Source of the DNA: Gemmatimonadota bacterium
GTDB lineage: Bacteria > Gemmatimonadota > Gemmatimonadetes > Gemmatimonadales > GWC2-71-9
Direction: 5' to 3'
Assembly (NCBI GenBank): GCA_039586365.1
Contig: JBDHKN010000038.1
Coordinates: 1 to 42,797 of the forward strand
Length of the DNA: 42,797 bases
Shown here: in pieces, positions 18,257-27,011 of the stretch
Layout: each line of letters begins with the position of its first letter
How positions within the stretch are numbered: position 1 is the first letter of the stretch
Notes under the pieces: model-generated
What the model was told of the DNA's origin: nothing
The model's input: only the letters and a program-made list of their open reading frames with translations
The model's database searches: none
Program-made: the position numbers and the translations under genes

Positions 18257-20638
18257 ATGAGACGTAGAGACTTCTTGCAGGTTCTGGGAACTGGATCGGC
18301 TGGCGTTGCGGCGTTTTCCTGTGCCGACCGGGAGGCAGCGCGCCGGATCGGAGCGGAGCAGGGCACTCTGGCGGACGCCGATCTGTCCTGGTCGAAGGCG
18401 CCTTGCCGCTACTGTGGCACTGGTTGCGGCGTCGAGGTGGGCGTGAAGGATGGGCGGGTGATGGCGGTCCGAGGGGATGTGGCGAATCCAGTGAACCGCG
18501 GCTTGCTGTGCGTGAAGGGATACCATCTGCCGGCCATGCTCTACGGCGAGGACCGTCTCCGGTATCCGATGAGACGCGATGTCAACGGGCGTGGTTGGAC
18601 CCGCATCTCCTGGGACGAGGCCCTGGATCTCATCGCATCTAAGTATCGCGAGGCCCTCGACGAGAGCGGTCCCGAAGCGGTGGCGTTCTACGGTTCGGGA
18701 CAGTGGGGTGTGCATGACGGTTACGCGGTGTCGAAGTGGTTCCGCGGCGGCTTGCGGAGCAACAACGTAGAGCCCAATGCGCGGCTCTGCATGGCCTCGG
18801 CCGTAATGGGCTTCATGACCCAATTTCAGAGCGACGAGCCGATGGGCTGTTATGAGGATTTCGAGTCCGGTGACGACTTCGTTCTCTGGGGCAACAACAT
18901 GGCCGAGATGCACCCGGTTCTGTTCTCGCGGATCTTGGCCAACAAGCGCGCGAATCCTGGAGTGCGGATAGTCGACATTGGTACGCGACGTACGCCAACG
19001 ACCGACTACGCCGACATGTACGTCGAGTTCAAGCCCAACAGCGACTTGGCGTTGGCCAACGGGATCCTGCATTTGCTGATCGCGCAAGGGAAGGTGGACA
19101 ACGCGTTCATTCGCGAGAACGTGGTGTTCCGACGCGGTATCGAGGATCTAGATCGAATCGGCTACGGGTGTTTCGGGGCAGACGGAACGGCTACCAAGCA
19201 TTCGGCCGGTCCGGCAGAGCGGTACGGCTTCCGCGACGAGGCGCGAGAGTCCTCGTTCTCCGAACTCGCGACGTTTCTGCAAGACTACGCACCGGCGCGC
19301 GTCAGCGAGATTACTGGCGTGCCCGAGCCGCAGATCCGTGCGTTGGCAGACATCTACGGTGACTCAGGGCGGGGCACGGTGAGCCTGTGGTGCATGGGCG
19401 TGAACCAGCATGTTCGCGGTACATGGATGAACAACCTGATCACCGACCTGCACCTCATCACCGGCAAGATCAGCCGCCCTGGTGCCAACCCCTTCAGCCT
19501 CACCGGGCAGCCGTCAGCGTGTGGCACCGCACGGGAGGTAGGCACGTTGGCGAACCGTCTGCCGGCCGACATGGTCGTGACCAACCCGGAACATCGCGCC
19601 AAGGCCGAAGAGATCTGGGGTCTACCGACGGGCACCATCCCAGAGCGGCCCGGCTACCATACGATGGACATGTTTCGGGCGTTCATGCGGGGTGACGTCA
19701 AGGTGATGTGGGTACAGACCACGAATCCTTGGATGAGCATCCCCAATCTGGGTCGCATTGAGCGCAGTCCTGACGATGGCACGTTCCTCATCGTGAGCGA
19801 CATCTATCCAACACCCACCACCGAGGCGGCTGATCTCGTGTTACCATCGGCGGCTTGGGTAGAGCGCGAGGGTGTGTTCGGGAATTCCGAGCGCCGCACG
19901 CAGCATTGGGACAAAGCGGTCGATCCGCCAGGCGAGGCCATGGAAGATGCATGGCAAGTCATTCAAGTGGCCAAACGGATGGGTATGGAGCACCTGTTCC
20001 CCTGGCCCGACGATGACTGGCACGAGCCGATGTTCGAGGAATACCGCCGATTCGGACTTGGTATTGGGAAAGACCTCGCCTCGTACCAGCAGCTCAAGGA
20101 AACGAGAGGGATGCTGTGGCCCGTGGTCGATGGCAAGGAGACGCGCTACCGCTACAGCGCGGAGCACGATCCCTACGTGGAGAAAGCCCGCGGAGTCCAC
20201 TTCTACAAAGCCAAAGGGTACGGTGAAAAAGCCGCATTCTGGCTCCGCCCCTGGCATCCGGCGGCGGAGTCGCCGGACGGTGAGTACCCGTTCTGGCTGT
20301 GCACGGGCCGTGTACTGGAACACTGGCATACAGGCTCGATGACGCGGCGAGTGAAACAACTGCACCAGGCGGTTCCTGAATCGTATGTCGAGATCAATAG
20401 AGCGGATGCTGTGGAACTGAGTATCAAGTCGGGTGATTGGGTTCGCGTAGTGAGTCGCCGTGGCTCCCTCGAGTTGCGAGCGATGGTGGATGGTCGCGGG
20501 AAGCCTGCCAGGGGATCGCTGTTCATGCCCTTCTTCGATGAGGCGAAACTAGCCAATGTGCTCACGCTTGATGCGATGGACAACATCAGTAAAGAACCCG
20601 ATTTCAAGAAATGTGCAGTCCGGATAGAACGAGCCTGA
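18257..20638 (+). CDS. napA: Periplasmic nitrate reductase catalytic subunit
   Basis: RRRDFL Tat motif; CRYCGTGC..CVKG 4Fe-4S site; NARLCMASA Mo-ligand Cys; SLTGQPSACGTARE; TGRVLEHWHTGSMTRR; EPDFKKCAV. Confidence 0.96.
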   Translation: MRRRDFLQVLGTGSAGVAAFSCADREAARRIGAEQGTLADADLSWSKAPCRYCGTGCGVEVGVKDGRVMAVRGDVANPVNRGLLCVKGYHLPAMLYGEDRLRYPMRRDVNGRGWTRISWDEALDLIASKYREALDESGPEAVAFYGSGQWGVHDGYAVSKWFRGGLRSNNVEPNARLCMASAVMGFMTQFQSDEPMGCYEDFESGDDFVLWGNNMAEMHPVLFSRILANKRANPGVRIVDIGTRRTPTTDYADMYVEFKPNSDLALANGILHLLIAQGKVDNAFIRENVVFRRGIEDLDRIGYGCFGADGTATKHSAGPAERYGFRDEARESSFSELATFLQDYAPARVSEITGVPEPQIRALADIYGDSGRGTVSLWCMGVNQHVRGTWMNNLITDLHLITGKISRPGANPFSLTGQPSACGTAREVGTLANRLPADMVVTNPEHRAKAEEIWGLPTGTIPERPGYHTMDMFRAFMRGDVKVMWVQTTNPWMSIPNLGRIERSPDDGTFLIVSDIYPTPTTEAADLVLPSAAWVEREGVFGNSERRTQHWDKAVDPPGEAMEDAWQVIQVAKRMGMEHLFPWPDDDWHEPMFEEYRRFGLGIGKDLASYQQLKETRGMLWPVVDGKETRYRYSAEHDPYVEKARGVHFYKAKGYGEKAAFWLRPWHPAAESPDGEYPFWLCTGRVLEHWHTGSMTRRVKQLHQAVPESYVEINRADAVELSIKSGDWVRVVSRRGSLELRAMVDGRGKPARGSLFMPFFDEAKLANVLTLDAMDNISKEPDFKKCAVRIERA

Positions 20639-21228
20639 TCGGGCTGGCAACGCTCGCAATCACTTCGTTCGGGATCGCGTGCGGTGGTCGGTGGGTCGAG
20701 GTTCCGGGAACCGAGGGGACCCTGAAGTCGGCTGCGGCGGTGCGCGCAGAGCGCCGCTTGTACGACGGCGCACCGCCGGTGATACCGCATACCGACTTTG
20801 GAGCGGATTGCAGTGCCTGTCACGATTCAAGGGGGATCTCGCTGGAAGGTGTCGGTTATGCACCGGCATCGCCTCACGACGCCACGAGCTCGTCGAGTGG
20901 CACTGTGCGCTGCCGTCAGTGTCACGTGTTCCGCACCACCGCCGATCTGTTCGTAGCCAGTGAATTCGTGGGCCTTAAGCAGAATCTGCGCGTCGGCGGC
21001 CGTCTCAATCCGATCTCACCACCCACGATTCCACACCAGATCTTCATGCGTGAGAACTGCCTGGCTTGTCACTCGGGGCCGGCAGCCCGAGAGGAGATCC
21101 GGACGGCGCACCCCGATCGCGTCCGCTGCAGGCAGTGTCACCTAGCAGTGACTATTCGGAGCGAATTCAAGAGTGAACTGGGGGCCGGTCTGACCGGCAG
21201 CGATTCGACTCAAACCGAGCCAGATTAG
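20611..21228 (+). CDS. napB: NapB-like tetraheme cytochrome c lipoprotein (duplicated diheme unit)
   Basis: Two repeats of PPxIPH..CxxCH..H..RCRQCH; FGIAC lipobox-like signal; overlaps the napA stop. Confidence 0.85.
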   Translation: MCSPDRTSLIGLATLAITSFGIACGGRWVEVPGTEGTLKSAAAVRAERRLYDGAPPVIPHTDFGADCSACHDSRGISLEGVGYAPASPHDATSSSSGTVRCRQCHVFRTTADLFVASEFVGLKQNLRVGGRLNPISPPTIPHQIFMRENCLACHSGPAAREEIRTAHPDRVRCRQCHLAVTIRSEFKSELGAGLTGSDSTQTEPD

Positions 21229-21242
21229 AGCTGGGAACTGCA

Positions 21243-21809
21243 ATGAGTCACTTACCTGAAGTGATCGAGCTGGGGCCAGAGGAGGAATTCCAGCGGCTCT
21301 GGACTGGCGCGCTGGAGGCGCAGAGATCGGCGCCTACGAGTCTGGTCTCGTTGTGTGAGTCATTGGACCTGGGTCTCCACGCCGCGGAGATTCTTGTCAT
21401 TCAGCGTTTGCAGCTCATCAAGGATCAGTTCCCGGCCACGATTGCGATCCAGCTCGAGACTCCAGCGCCTGAGGTGGATGCGTATCGCGACGCCATCTCG
21501 GTTCCCAAGTCACTGCAGTTCACCGACGTCGTCGATCTACTAAGTGCTCCAGCGCTCGACTGCGTGAGCCCCGGGATGCACCGGGGGTGGGAGGATCGGC
21601 GGTTCTCGTGCCGGCGGTCCAGAGCCACCGCACAGGGAGCCATAGGTGTGACCCTGGATGCCACAGCCCGGGACCAGCTACTGCTACTTGCGGCCTACCG
21701 TAACCGACTCTTTCGCTATCCACCGCCCATTCGTCTAGTCACCCGAGAGATTGCCGGCGCGTTCGAAAGCCTCGTGGTCCTCGTAACCGGAATTCGCGCC
21801 GCCGGGTAG
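21243..21809 (+). CDS. Hypothetical soluble protein, 188 aa
   Basis: ATG ORF 14 nt after napB; no family recognised. Confidence 0.6.
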   Translation: MSHLPEVIELGPEEEFQRLWTGALEAQRSAPTSLVSLCESLDLGLHAAEILVIQRLQLIKDQFPATIAIQLETPAPEVDAYRDAISVPKSLQFTDVVDLLSAPALDCVSPGMHRGWEDRRFSCRRSRATAQGAIGVTLDATARDQLLLLAAYRNRLFRYPPPIRLVTREIAGAFESLVVLVTGIRAAG

Positions 21810-21980
21810 ATCAGCTCGGTCGAGCCGCATGCCGCGACCCTGCCGGCTCTTCCCGACGACACCCCATTTCCGACGCGGCCGTAGCACAGCCGTCCCCACG
21901 CGCAGGTTGCGCCGAGGCAGATAGATGCGAAGAGGGCCGCAACTGGTTGCGACCCTGGATGTCTCTGCCGATCCCGCCAG

Positions 21981-22421
21981 TCAGCCTGCCCTGGTGTCGT
22001 TGTCGCGAGCTGGCCTGGTGGCGGGCCACTGCGACTGGTAGTCACCTTCTCCGGCGAGCCACTGTTCAGCTTCCGCCATGGCTCTGAACACCATGAGTTC
22101 TATCCCCAAATCCTCCAGGTATACTTGCGCAACCCTCACGGTGCCGTAGTCCACGTCGCGATTCGTTACTACCGCGCTCCTGCCCCTCCATCCCGCGCCC
22201 AGGCGCTCCGAGACCGTGGAGATGATGCTCGGGATTTGTTTGGGCAGCACCGAGATCCGCGCGTTCCGTAGATCCCACAACACGTGCACGCCGGCACTCA
22301 AGTGAGACTCGTCGAAGAGCATCTCCATCGTGACTGAAATGTCCTGAGGAGAGACCTCGCCACGCATGGTGACAACCACCCGCTTCGGCTGACTGTCAAT
22401 CCGAATGGAAATCGTCGGCAT
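21981..22421 (-). CDS. SpoIIAA-like (STAS/SEC14) hypothetical protein
   Basis: VLWDLRNA, RSAVV, VFRAMAEAEQWL pattern. Confidence 0.65.
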   Translation of the reverse strand: MPTISIRIDSQPKRVVVTMRGEVSPQDISVTMEMLFDESHLSAGVHVLWDLRNARISVLPKQIPSIISTVSERLGAGWRGRSAVVTNRDVDYGTVRVAQVYLEDLGIELMVFRAMAEAEQWLAGEGDYQSQWPATRPARDNDTRAG

Positions 22422-22424
22422 CGT

Positions 22425-22453
22425 GATACTCTTTGCTTCGTTTCACCGTTTCA
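22425..22453 (-). promoter_or_regulatory. Putative ECF promoter TGAAAC-N17-AGTATC (possibly leaderless)
   Basis: Ends 3 nt before the ATG at 22421; one mismatch to CGTATC. Confidence 0.4.
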
Positions 22454-22616
22454 TTGCCCGTGATTACCGGCAACCAACTCCGCGTGGCATGCTGTGAGCT
22501 GAATGTATCTAGTGCTTTGCTCGGCGCCAGTGCGGTGTTGAATGGATGCACTGTGACGCGGGGGAAGGGACTGACGCTCGGTCATCTCCCCGCTCGCGGC
22601 ACAGCGCGGACGGGAT

Positions 22617-22646
22617 TGAAACCAATGCGGTGCGTCAACCGTCATA
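22617..22646 (+). promoter_or_regulatory. Putative ECF promoter TGAAAC-N17-CGTCATA
   Basis: Upstream of the padR-permease unit. Confidence 0.6.
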
Positions 22647-22673
22647 TATGTGTAAATGGAAGCTAGCTACCTA

Positions 22674-22685
22674 ACCTATATAGGT
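22674..22685. promoter_or_regulatory. Palindrome ACCTATATAGGT, candidate PadR operator
   Basis: Perfect 12-bp palindrome 7 nt before the padR ATG. Confidence 0.5.
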
Positions 22686-22692
22686 GTGAACC

Positions 22693-23022
22693 ATGAGCTC
22701 ACGTAGCCTCGGTTTGGCGACCCTCACTGTCCTCCACGCAGTGGCTCAGGGGTGTCGCCACGGATTCGATATCATCGACGCCACTGGGCTGCAGAGTGGA
22801 ACGGTGTACCGGGCTCTCAGTCGCTTAGAAGCACGCGGGTTGCTGCGGTCCAAATGGGAGGCCGCAAGAGTCGCACTGCACGAGAAACGTCCGAGAAGGA
22901 AGTACTATGAGGTCACATCGCGCGCTGAGCAAGAACTGGCAGCGGCCCGCAGACGCCTTCTCGCTCTAACCCGGGTCCCCAGCCTCCGCGGACAGCACGA
23001 GGCTGACCACAAGAGGAGCTGA
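22693..23022 (+). CDS. PadR-family transcriptional regulator
   Basis: HGFDII, SGTVYRALSRLEARGLL, RPRRKYYEVT. Confidence 0.9.
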   Translation: MSSRSLGLATLTVLHAVAQGCRHGFDIIDATGLQSGTVYRALSRLEARGLLRSKWEAARVALHEKRPRRKYYEVTSRAEQELAAARRRLLALTRVPSLRGQHEADHKRS

Positions 23023-23025
23023 GGT

Positions 23026-25683
23026 CTGCGGCAGAAAGCGACGTTCACCCTTCGCGTCTGTGAAACACTGCTCGACGCGGCCGCAGTTGTCATCCCGGTC
23101 GCGGAGCGGCCGGAGTGGGTCGAAGAATGGCGCGGCGAGTTGTGGCACCGGTGGCACTGTCTCCAGTCGGGTGGGAGGATGTCGCTGGGAGCCCAGCTCG
23201 ATCTCATCTGGAAGAGCTTCGGTGCAGTCACCCACGCCCTGTGGCTGGCCGGTCGAGAATGGAGATCTCAAATCGTGTTGTACGATCTGCGATTCACAAT
23301 CCGCAATCTGCTCAAGAAGCCCGGTTTCACCCTCATCGTCTTGGGCTCGCTCATGCTCGGCATCGGTGCGAACACCCTGGTGTTCAGTGTCGTCGATGCC
23401 TTGATCCTCCATCCGTTCCCCTATCCCGATGGCAAACACCTGGTGGCTATCGGTGTCACCTTCCCACGGCTGGGAGGCGAACGGGAATTCATCGAGGCCA
23501 TCTCGGCTCCAGAATACGGTGATATCAGGACGCACAGTGTGACCTTAGAGCGGATTGTCGCCTTCGATCTGGGAAACAGGGATCTCGGCGGGGTCGCCGA
23601 ACCGCAGCGGCTGTTCACCGCGTTCTTCTGGGGTGACGCCTTTCAGACGCTGGGCATGCGGCCGGCTTTGGGCCGTGGATTCCTGCCCAGCGAGATCGAA
23701 CAGGGGCAGCCGGTCGCCGTCATCAGTCACCGGACATGGCAGTCGCAGTTCGGTGGCGATTCCGGCATCGTGGGCCAGAGCATAACTGTGAATGGGAAAC
23801 CCATGACTCTGGTCGGCGTGATGCCGCCGCGGCTGCTGTTGTTGGATTCAGATCTGTGGCTACCGATGTGGGTATCGCCCGAGGTGCTGCCTCGCAATCG
23901 CAGACAGTTCAACGTGCTGGCGCGAGTCAGCGAAGGATACTCACTCCAGGACGTGAACAGTGAGCTTGCGGCAGTTGCCGGCCGCTTGGAGCAGACATAC
24001 TTGGGTGAGTACCCCGAGTACGAGGGTTGGCGGATATCGGCGGAAGAGTTCACTGCGGTCTGGTCAGGGTTGCTGGGGCCAGCTGGCTTCGTTTTGCTGG
24101 GTGCGGTTGGCTTCGTGCTACTACTTGCCTGTGCCAACATTGCCAATCTGCTGTTGGCACGCTGGGCGGTCAGGCACCGTGAGATCGCGGTGCGGGCAGC
24201 CCTGGGAGCAGGCAGACTCCGGCTTGCCCAGCAGCTGCTGACGGAGAGTATGGTGCTGGCTCTGCTGGGTGGTGCCTTGGGATTGGTGCTCGCCGTCGCC
24301 GGCAGGGGAGCTGCGGTTGCCCTGGTGCCGGCTGACCTAATCCCGGGAAGCGCCGAGTTCGAGCTGAACTACAGAGTGCTCCTTTTCACGGTAGTCCTAT
24401 CGGTTGCTTCCGGCTTTGTATTTGGACTGCTGCCGGCACTGCAGGGCTCCAAGACAGACCTGCAACAGATACTCAGTAGCGAAGGCGGTCGCACTACCGC
24501 TGCAGGGACTGCGTTGCGAGTCCGGCAGGCGTTCATCATTGCGCAGGCAGCTATAGCAATCGTGCTGCTCACGGGAGCTGGTCTGCTACTCAAGAGCTTT
24601 GGCAACCTGAGGGGCATCGATCCGGGGTTCGATCCTGCCAACGTGTTGACCTTGCGGATCACGCTGCCGCGCGAACGGTACCAGGGAGAAGATGTCGCGG
24701 TGTTCTTTGAGCGCTTGGTGGACCAAGTGGTTGCCCTCCCCGGAGTGAGCAGCGCTGCCGTCACGTCGCAGTTCCCTCCTTCCCAGCCGTTCGATGGGCA
24801 ATTCCGCGTGGAGGGGCAGGATCAAGGTGCTGAAGAGACTCTGCCGGTCACACTGATAACGATAGTGAGTCCGAGATATTTCGATGTGCTTGGCCTACGT
24901 CTGGTGCAGGGGCGCACACTCACGAAGGATGACAACGCTGCAGCACCGCTCACGGTGATCATCAATCAGACTTTTGCCCGGCGCTATTTCCCAAACGAAG
25001 ATCCGGTGGGCAAGCGCATTGCTGGTAGCGCGGGAGGGTGGAGGACTGTCGTTGGAGTGGTCTCGGATGCACGAAATCGCGGCGTGGAATCCGATGTGAT
25101 GCCGGAGCTGTTCGTTCCGGTAAGACAGAACGACGGAGTGATGAATCAACTCCACTTGCTCACGCGGACCCGGGGAGGCGCGCTGGCAATGTTGCCCACG
25201 GTTCGCGCCACGGTGCAGGGATTGGATCCGGACCTTCCAGTATACGCGGTGCACACGCTGGAGGGTCGGCTGGCGTCGGCTGTCGCTCCACAGCGGATCG
25301 CGACGGCTGTGTTGACGGTGCTCGGAGCAGTGGCTCTGGGCCTGGCCTCAATGGGGATCTATGGCGTCATCTCGTATTGGGTTGCGGACCGCACCAGAGA
25401 ACTGGGAGTGCGTTTGGCCCTTGGTGCGGCAGGCCGCGAGATCGTAGCCATTGTCATGAGCCAGGTCATCAAGCTCGTCACTGTCGGAGTTGTTCTTGGG
25501 CTCGTGACTGCCGTCGCGCTCTCGCGCACGTTGCGGAGCCTGCTCTTCAATGTTGGCGGCATTGATATGGTCGCCTTTGCGGTTGCGGTCGGTGTCCTCG
25601 CCGTCGTTGCACTCATCGCCGGATACGTACCGGCGGTCAGGGCGGCGCGCCTCGATCCGGTCACCGCTCTGCGCCACGAATGA
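23026..25683 (+). CDS. ADOP-type duplicated ABC permease
   Basis: DLRFTIRNLLKKPGF, LGIGANT, LACANIANLLLAR, RTRELGVRLALGA, DPVTALRHE; N-terminal EWVEEWRGELW extension lies upstream of the first TTG (23140), so a CTG start at 23026 is inferred. Confidence 0.9.
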   Translation: MRQKATFTLRVCETLLDAAAVVIPVAERPEWVEEWRGELWHRWHCLQSGGRMSLGAQLDLIWKSFGAVTHALWLAGREWRSQIVLYDLRFTIRNLLKKPGFTLIVLGSLMLGIGANTLVFSVVDALILHPFPYPDGKHLVAIGVTFPRLGGEREFIEAISAPEYGDIRTHSVTLERIVAFDLGNRDLGGVAEPQRLFTAFFWGDAFQTLGMRPALGRGFLPSEIEQGQPVAVISHRTWQSQFGGDSGIVGQSITVNGKPMTLVGVMPPRLLLLDSDLWLPMWVSPEVLPRNRRQFNVLARVSEGYSLQDVNSELAAVAGRLEQTYLGEYPEYEGWRISAEEFTAVWSGLLGPAGFVLLGAVGFVLLLACANIANLLLARWAVRHREIAVRAALGAGRLRLAQQLLTESMVLALLGGALGLVLAVAGRGAAVALVPADLIPGSAEFELNYRVLLFTVVLSVASGFVFGLLPALQGSKTDLQQILSSEGGRTTAAGTALRVRQAFIIAQAAIAIVLLTGAGLLLKSFGNLRGIDPGFDPANVLTLRITLPRERYQGEDVAVFFERLVDQVVALPGVSSAAVTSQFPPSQPFDGQFRVEGQDQGAEETLPVTLITIVSPRYFDVLGLRLVQGRTLTKDDNAAAPLTVIINQTFARRYFPNEDPVGKRIAGSAGGWRTVVGVVSDARNRGVESDVMPELFVPVRQNDGVMNQLHLLTRTRGGALAMLPTVRATVQGLDPDLPVYAVHTLEGRLASAVAPQRIATAVLTVLGAVALGLASMGIYGVISYWVADRTRELGVRLALGAAGREIVAIVMSQVIKLVTVGVVLGLVTAVALSRTLRSLLFNVGGIDMVAFAVAVGVLAVVALIAGYVPAVRAARLDPVTALRHE

Positions 25684-25745
25684 AATGAGGTGCTCAGAGG
25701 TGCACATCGGCGGGGTCGCCCTGGCAGGCTGATGCTCAGCTGAGT

Positions 25746-25776
25746 GACAGGCCCGACCTACGGGGCCGGGCCTGTC
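25746..25776. terminator. GC-rich hairpin between convergent genes
   Basis: GACAGGCCCG...CGGGCCTGTC 10-bp stem; no U-tract. Confidence 0.45.
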
Positions 25777-25819
25777 GGCCTGCGGCAACGATCCTGTGTT
25801 GCAGTGGACCCGGCCGGGC

Positions 25820-26263
25820 TCAGTGCGAGAACATCCCCCCTAGGCGATTCAGGCAACTGGTCCAACCCTGCTCGTGGTTGGCCGTCAGCTCAGCATTGGG
25901 AAATCGCTCGTGCGTGAGCACGATCTCGGTGGAGCCACCGAGGTCGTTGAACTCGACTGTCACCAGTGTTTCGCCAACATCGTGATCCTCTTCCTCCCAG
26001 GTCCACGTGTAGACCAGCCGTGTGTTTGGTTCGATCGTCCGGTATACGCCGAATGCGGTGTGCGGCTCGCCCTGCTCGTTCCTCATGTGAATCTTGTACC
26101 GGCCACCCACCGACAGGTCCACTTCGGCCGCGGTGACAGTTGCACCTTCGGGCGCAGACCACAGCTGGAGCTGCCCCGGTTCCGTCCACGCCCGAAACAC
26201 GGTCTCGGTATCGGCTTTGACTACGCGGGATACTGTTAGTGACGTGCTGGTCTTGGTGCTCAT
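25820..26263 (-). CDS. SRPBCC/AHSA1 domain protein
   Basis: VFRAWTEP, DLSVGGRY, LVYTWTWE, HEQGWTSCLNRL. Confidence 0.9.
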   Translation of the reverse strand: MSTKTSTSLTVSRVVKADTETVFRAWTEPGQLQLWSAPEGATVTAAEVDLSVGGRYKIHMRNEQGEPHTAFGVYRTIEPNTRLVYTWTWEEEDHDVGETLVTVEFNDLGGSTEIVLTHERFPNAELTANHEQGWTSCLNRLGGMFSH

Positions 26264-26604
26264 CGGTGTGGTCCCTCCTTCTCACTGTTCCGTTCCAGGT
26301 AGCGTGACAGGGAGTCAAGGTGGTCCTCCCAGAACTTCCGGTATCGCTCGACCCATTCGGCAGCGTCACGCAGCGGGGCCGCGGCGAGGCCACAGCGACT
26401 TACGCGGCCGTCCCGGGCGGTGCGCACGAGCCCAGCACGTTCCAGCACTCTGAGATGCTTCGAGATGGCCGGTCTGGACACAGCGAATGGCCTCGCCAAC
26501 TCTCCAACAGTTGCCTGGCCTTCTGCGAGTCGGGCCAGGATGCCACGGCGGATGGGGTCAGCCAGCGCGCCGAATGTCAGGTCGAGAGTCCGATTGGTAA
26601 CCAT
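26260..26604 (-). CDS. ArsR/SmtB-family regulator (SRPBCC-associated)
   Basis: FGALADPIRRGIL, SRPAISKHLRVLERAGLV, FWEDHLDSL; 4-nt overlap with the SRPBCC gene. Confidence 0.92.
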   Translation of the reverse strand: MVTNRTLDLTFGALADPIRRGILARLAEGQATVGELARPFAVSRPAISKHLRVLERAGLVRTARDGRVSRCGLAAAPLRDAAEWVERYRKFWEDHLDSLSRYLERNSEKEGPHR

Positions 26605-26616
26605 AAGGTTACCAAT
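26593..26616. promoter_or_regulatory. Operator inverted repeat ATTGGTAACC-ATAA-GGTTACCAAT over the arsR start codon
   Basis: Perfect 10-4-10 inverted repeat; TTGACT on the minus strand at 26637-26642. Confidence 0.8.
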
Positions 26617-26954
26617 TAACCAACACCGCTCCTATCAGTCAAGTACTCTCGTGGGCATCGCACTTTGGCTTTGATCAGAGTACCCCGGGGTCCCTGAGAT
26701 GCGTGTGCGATGATCATATGCGCACGACATGACAGATTCCCGAGTGAACTGACCGATTGCGTATCAGGAACAGGCCGGCGAGCCGGGTACAAACTCGGAG
26801 CGGCACTGGCATCCAGTAGTGGTGGGCGATCCGCCCACGACGACGTATTTGCAGCCTTGTTGAATCGTCATGATGAATCGAGGTGGGACCCGTGATCGGC
26901 GCAGGCAGATTGGCCACCAGCTAGAACTTCTTAGAACACTTCCTCAGCGGATTC

Positions 26955-26983
26955 CGCAACTTCTTCTTCATCAGTGACGTATC
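26955..26983 (+). promoter_or_regulatory. Putative ECF promoter CGCAAC-N17-CGTATC
   Basis: 28 nt upstream of the HTH-kinase-permease ATG. Confidence 0.55.
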
Positions 26984-27011
26984 TTGGGGCAAGACTTCTC
27001 GGGCCGATCAC

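Noticed and set aside
23020..23022. Selenocysteine recoding of the padR TGA
   Set aside because: Not at a redox or Cys-equivalent position and no evident SECIS; a CTG start is simpler
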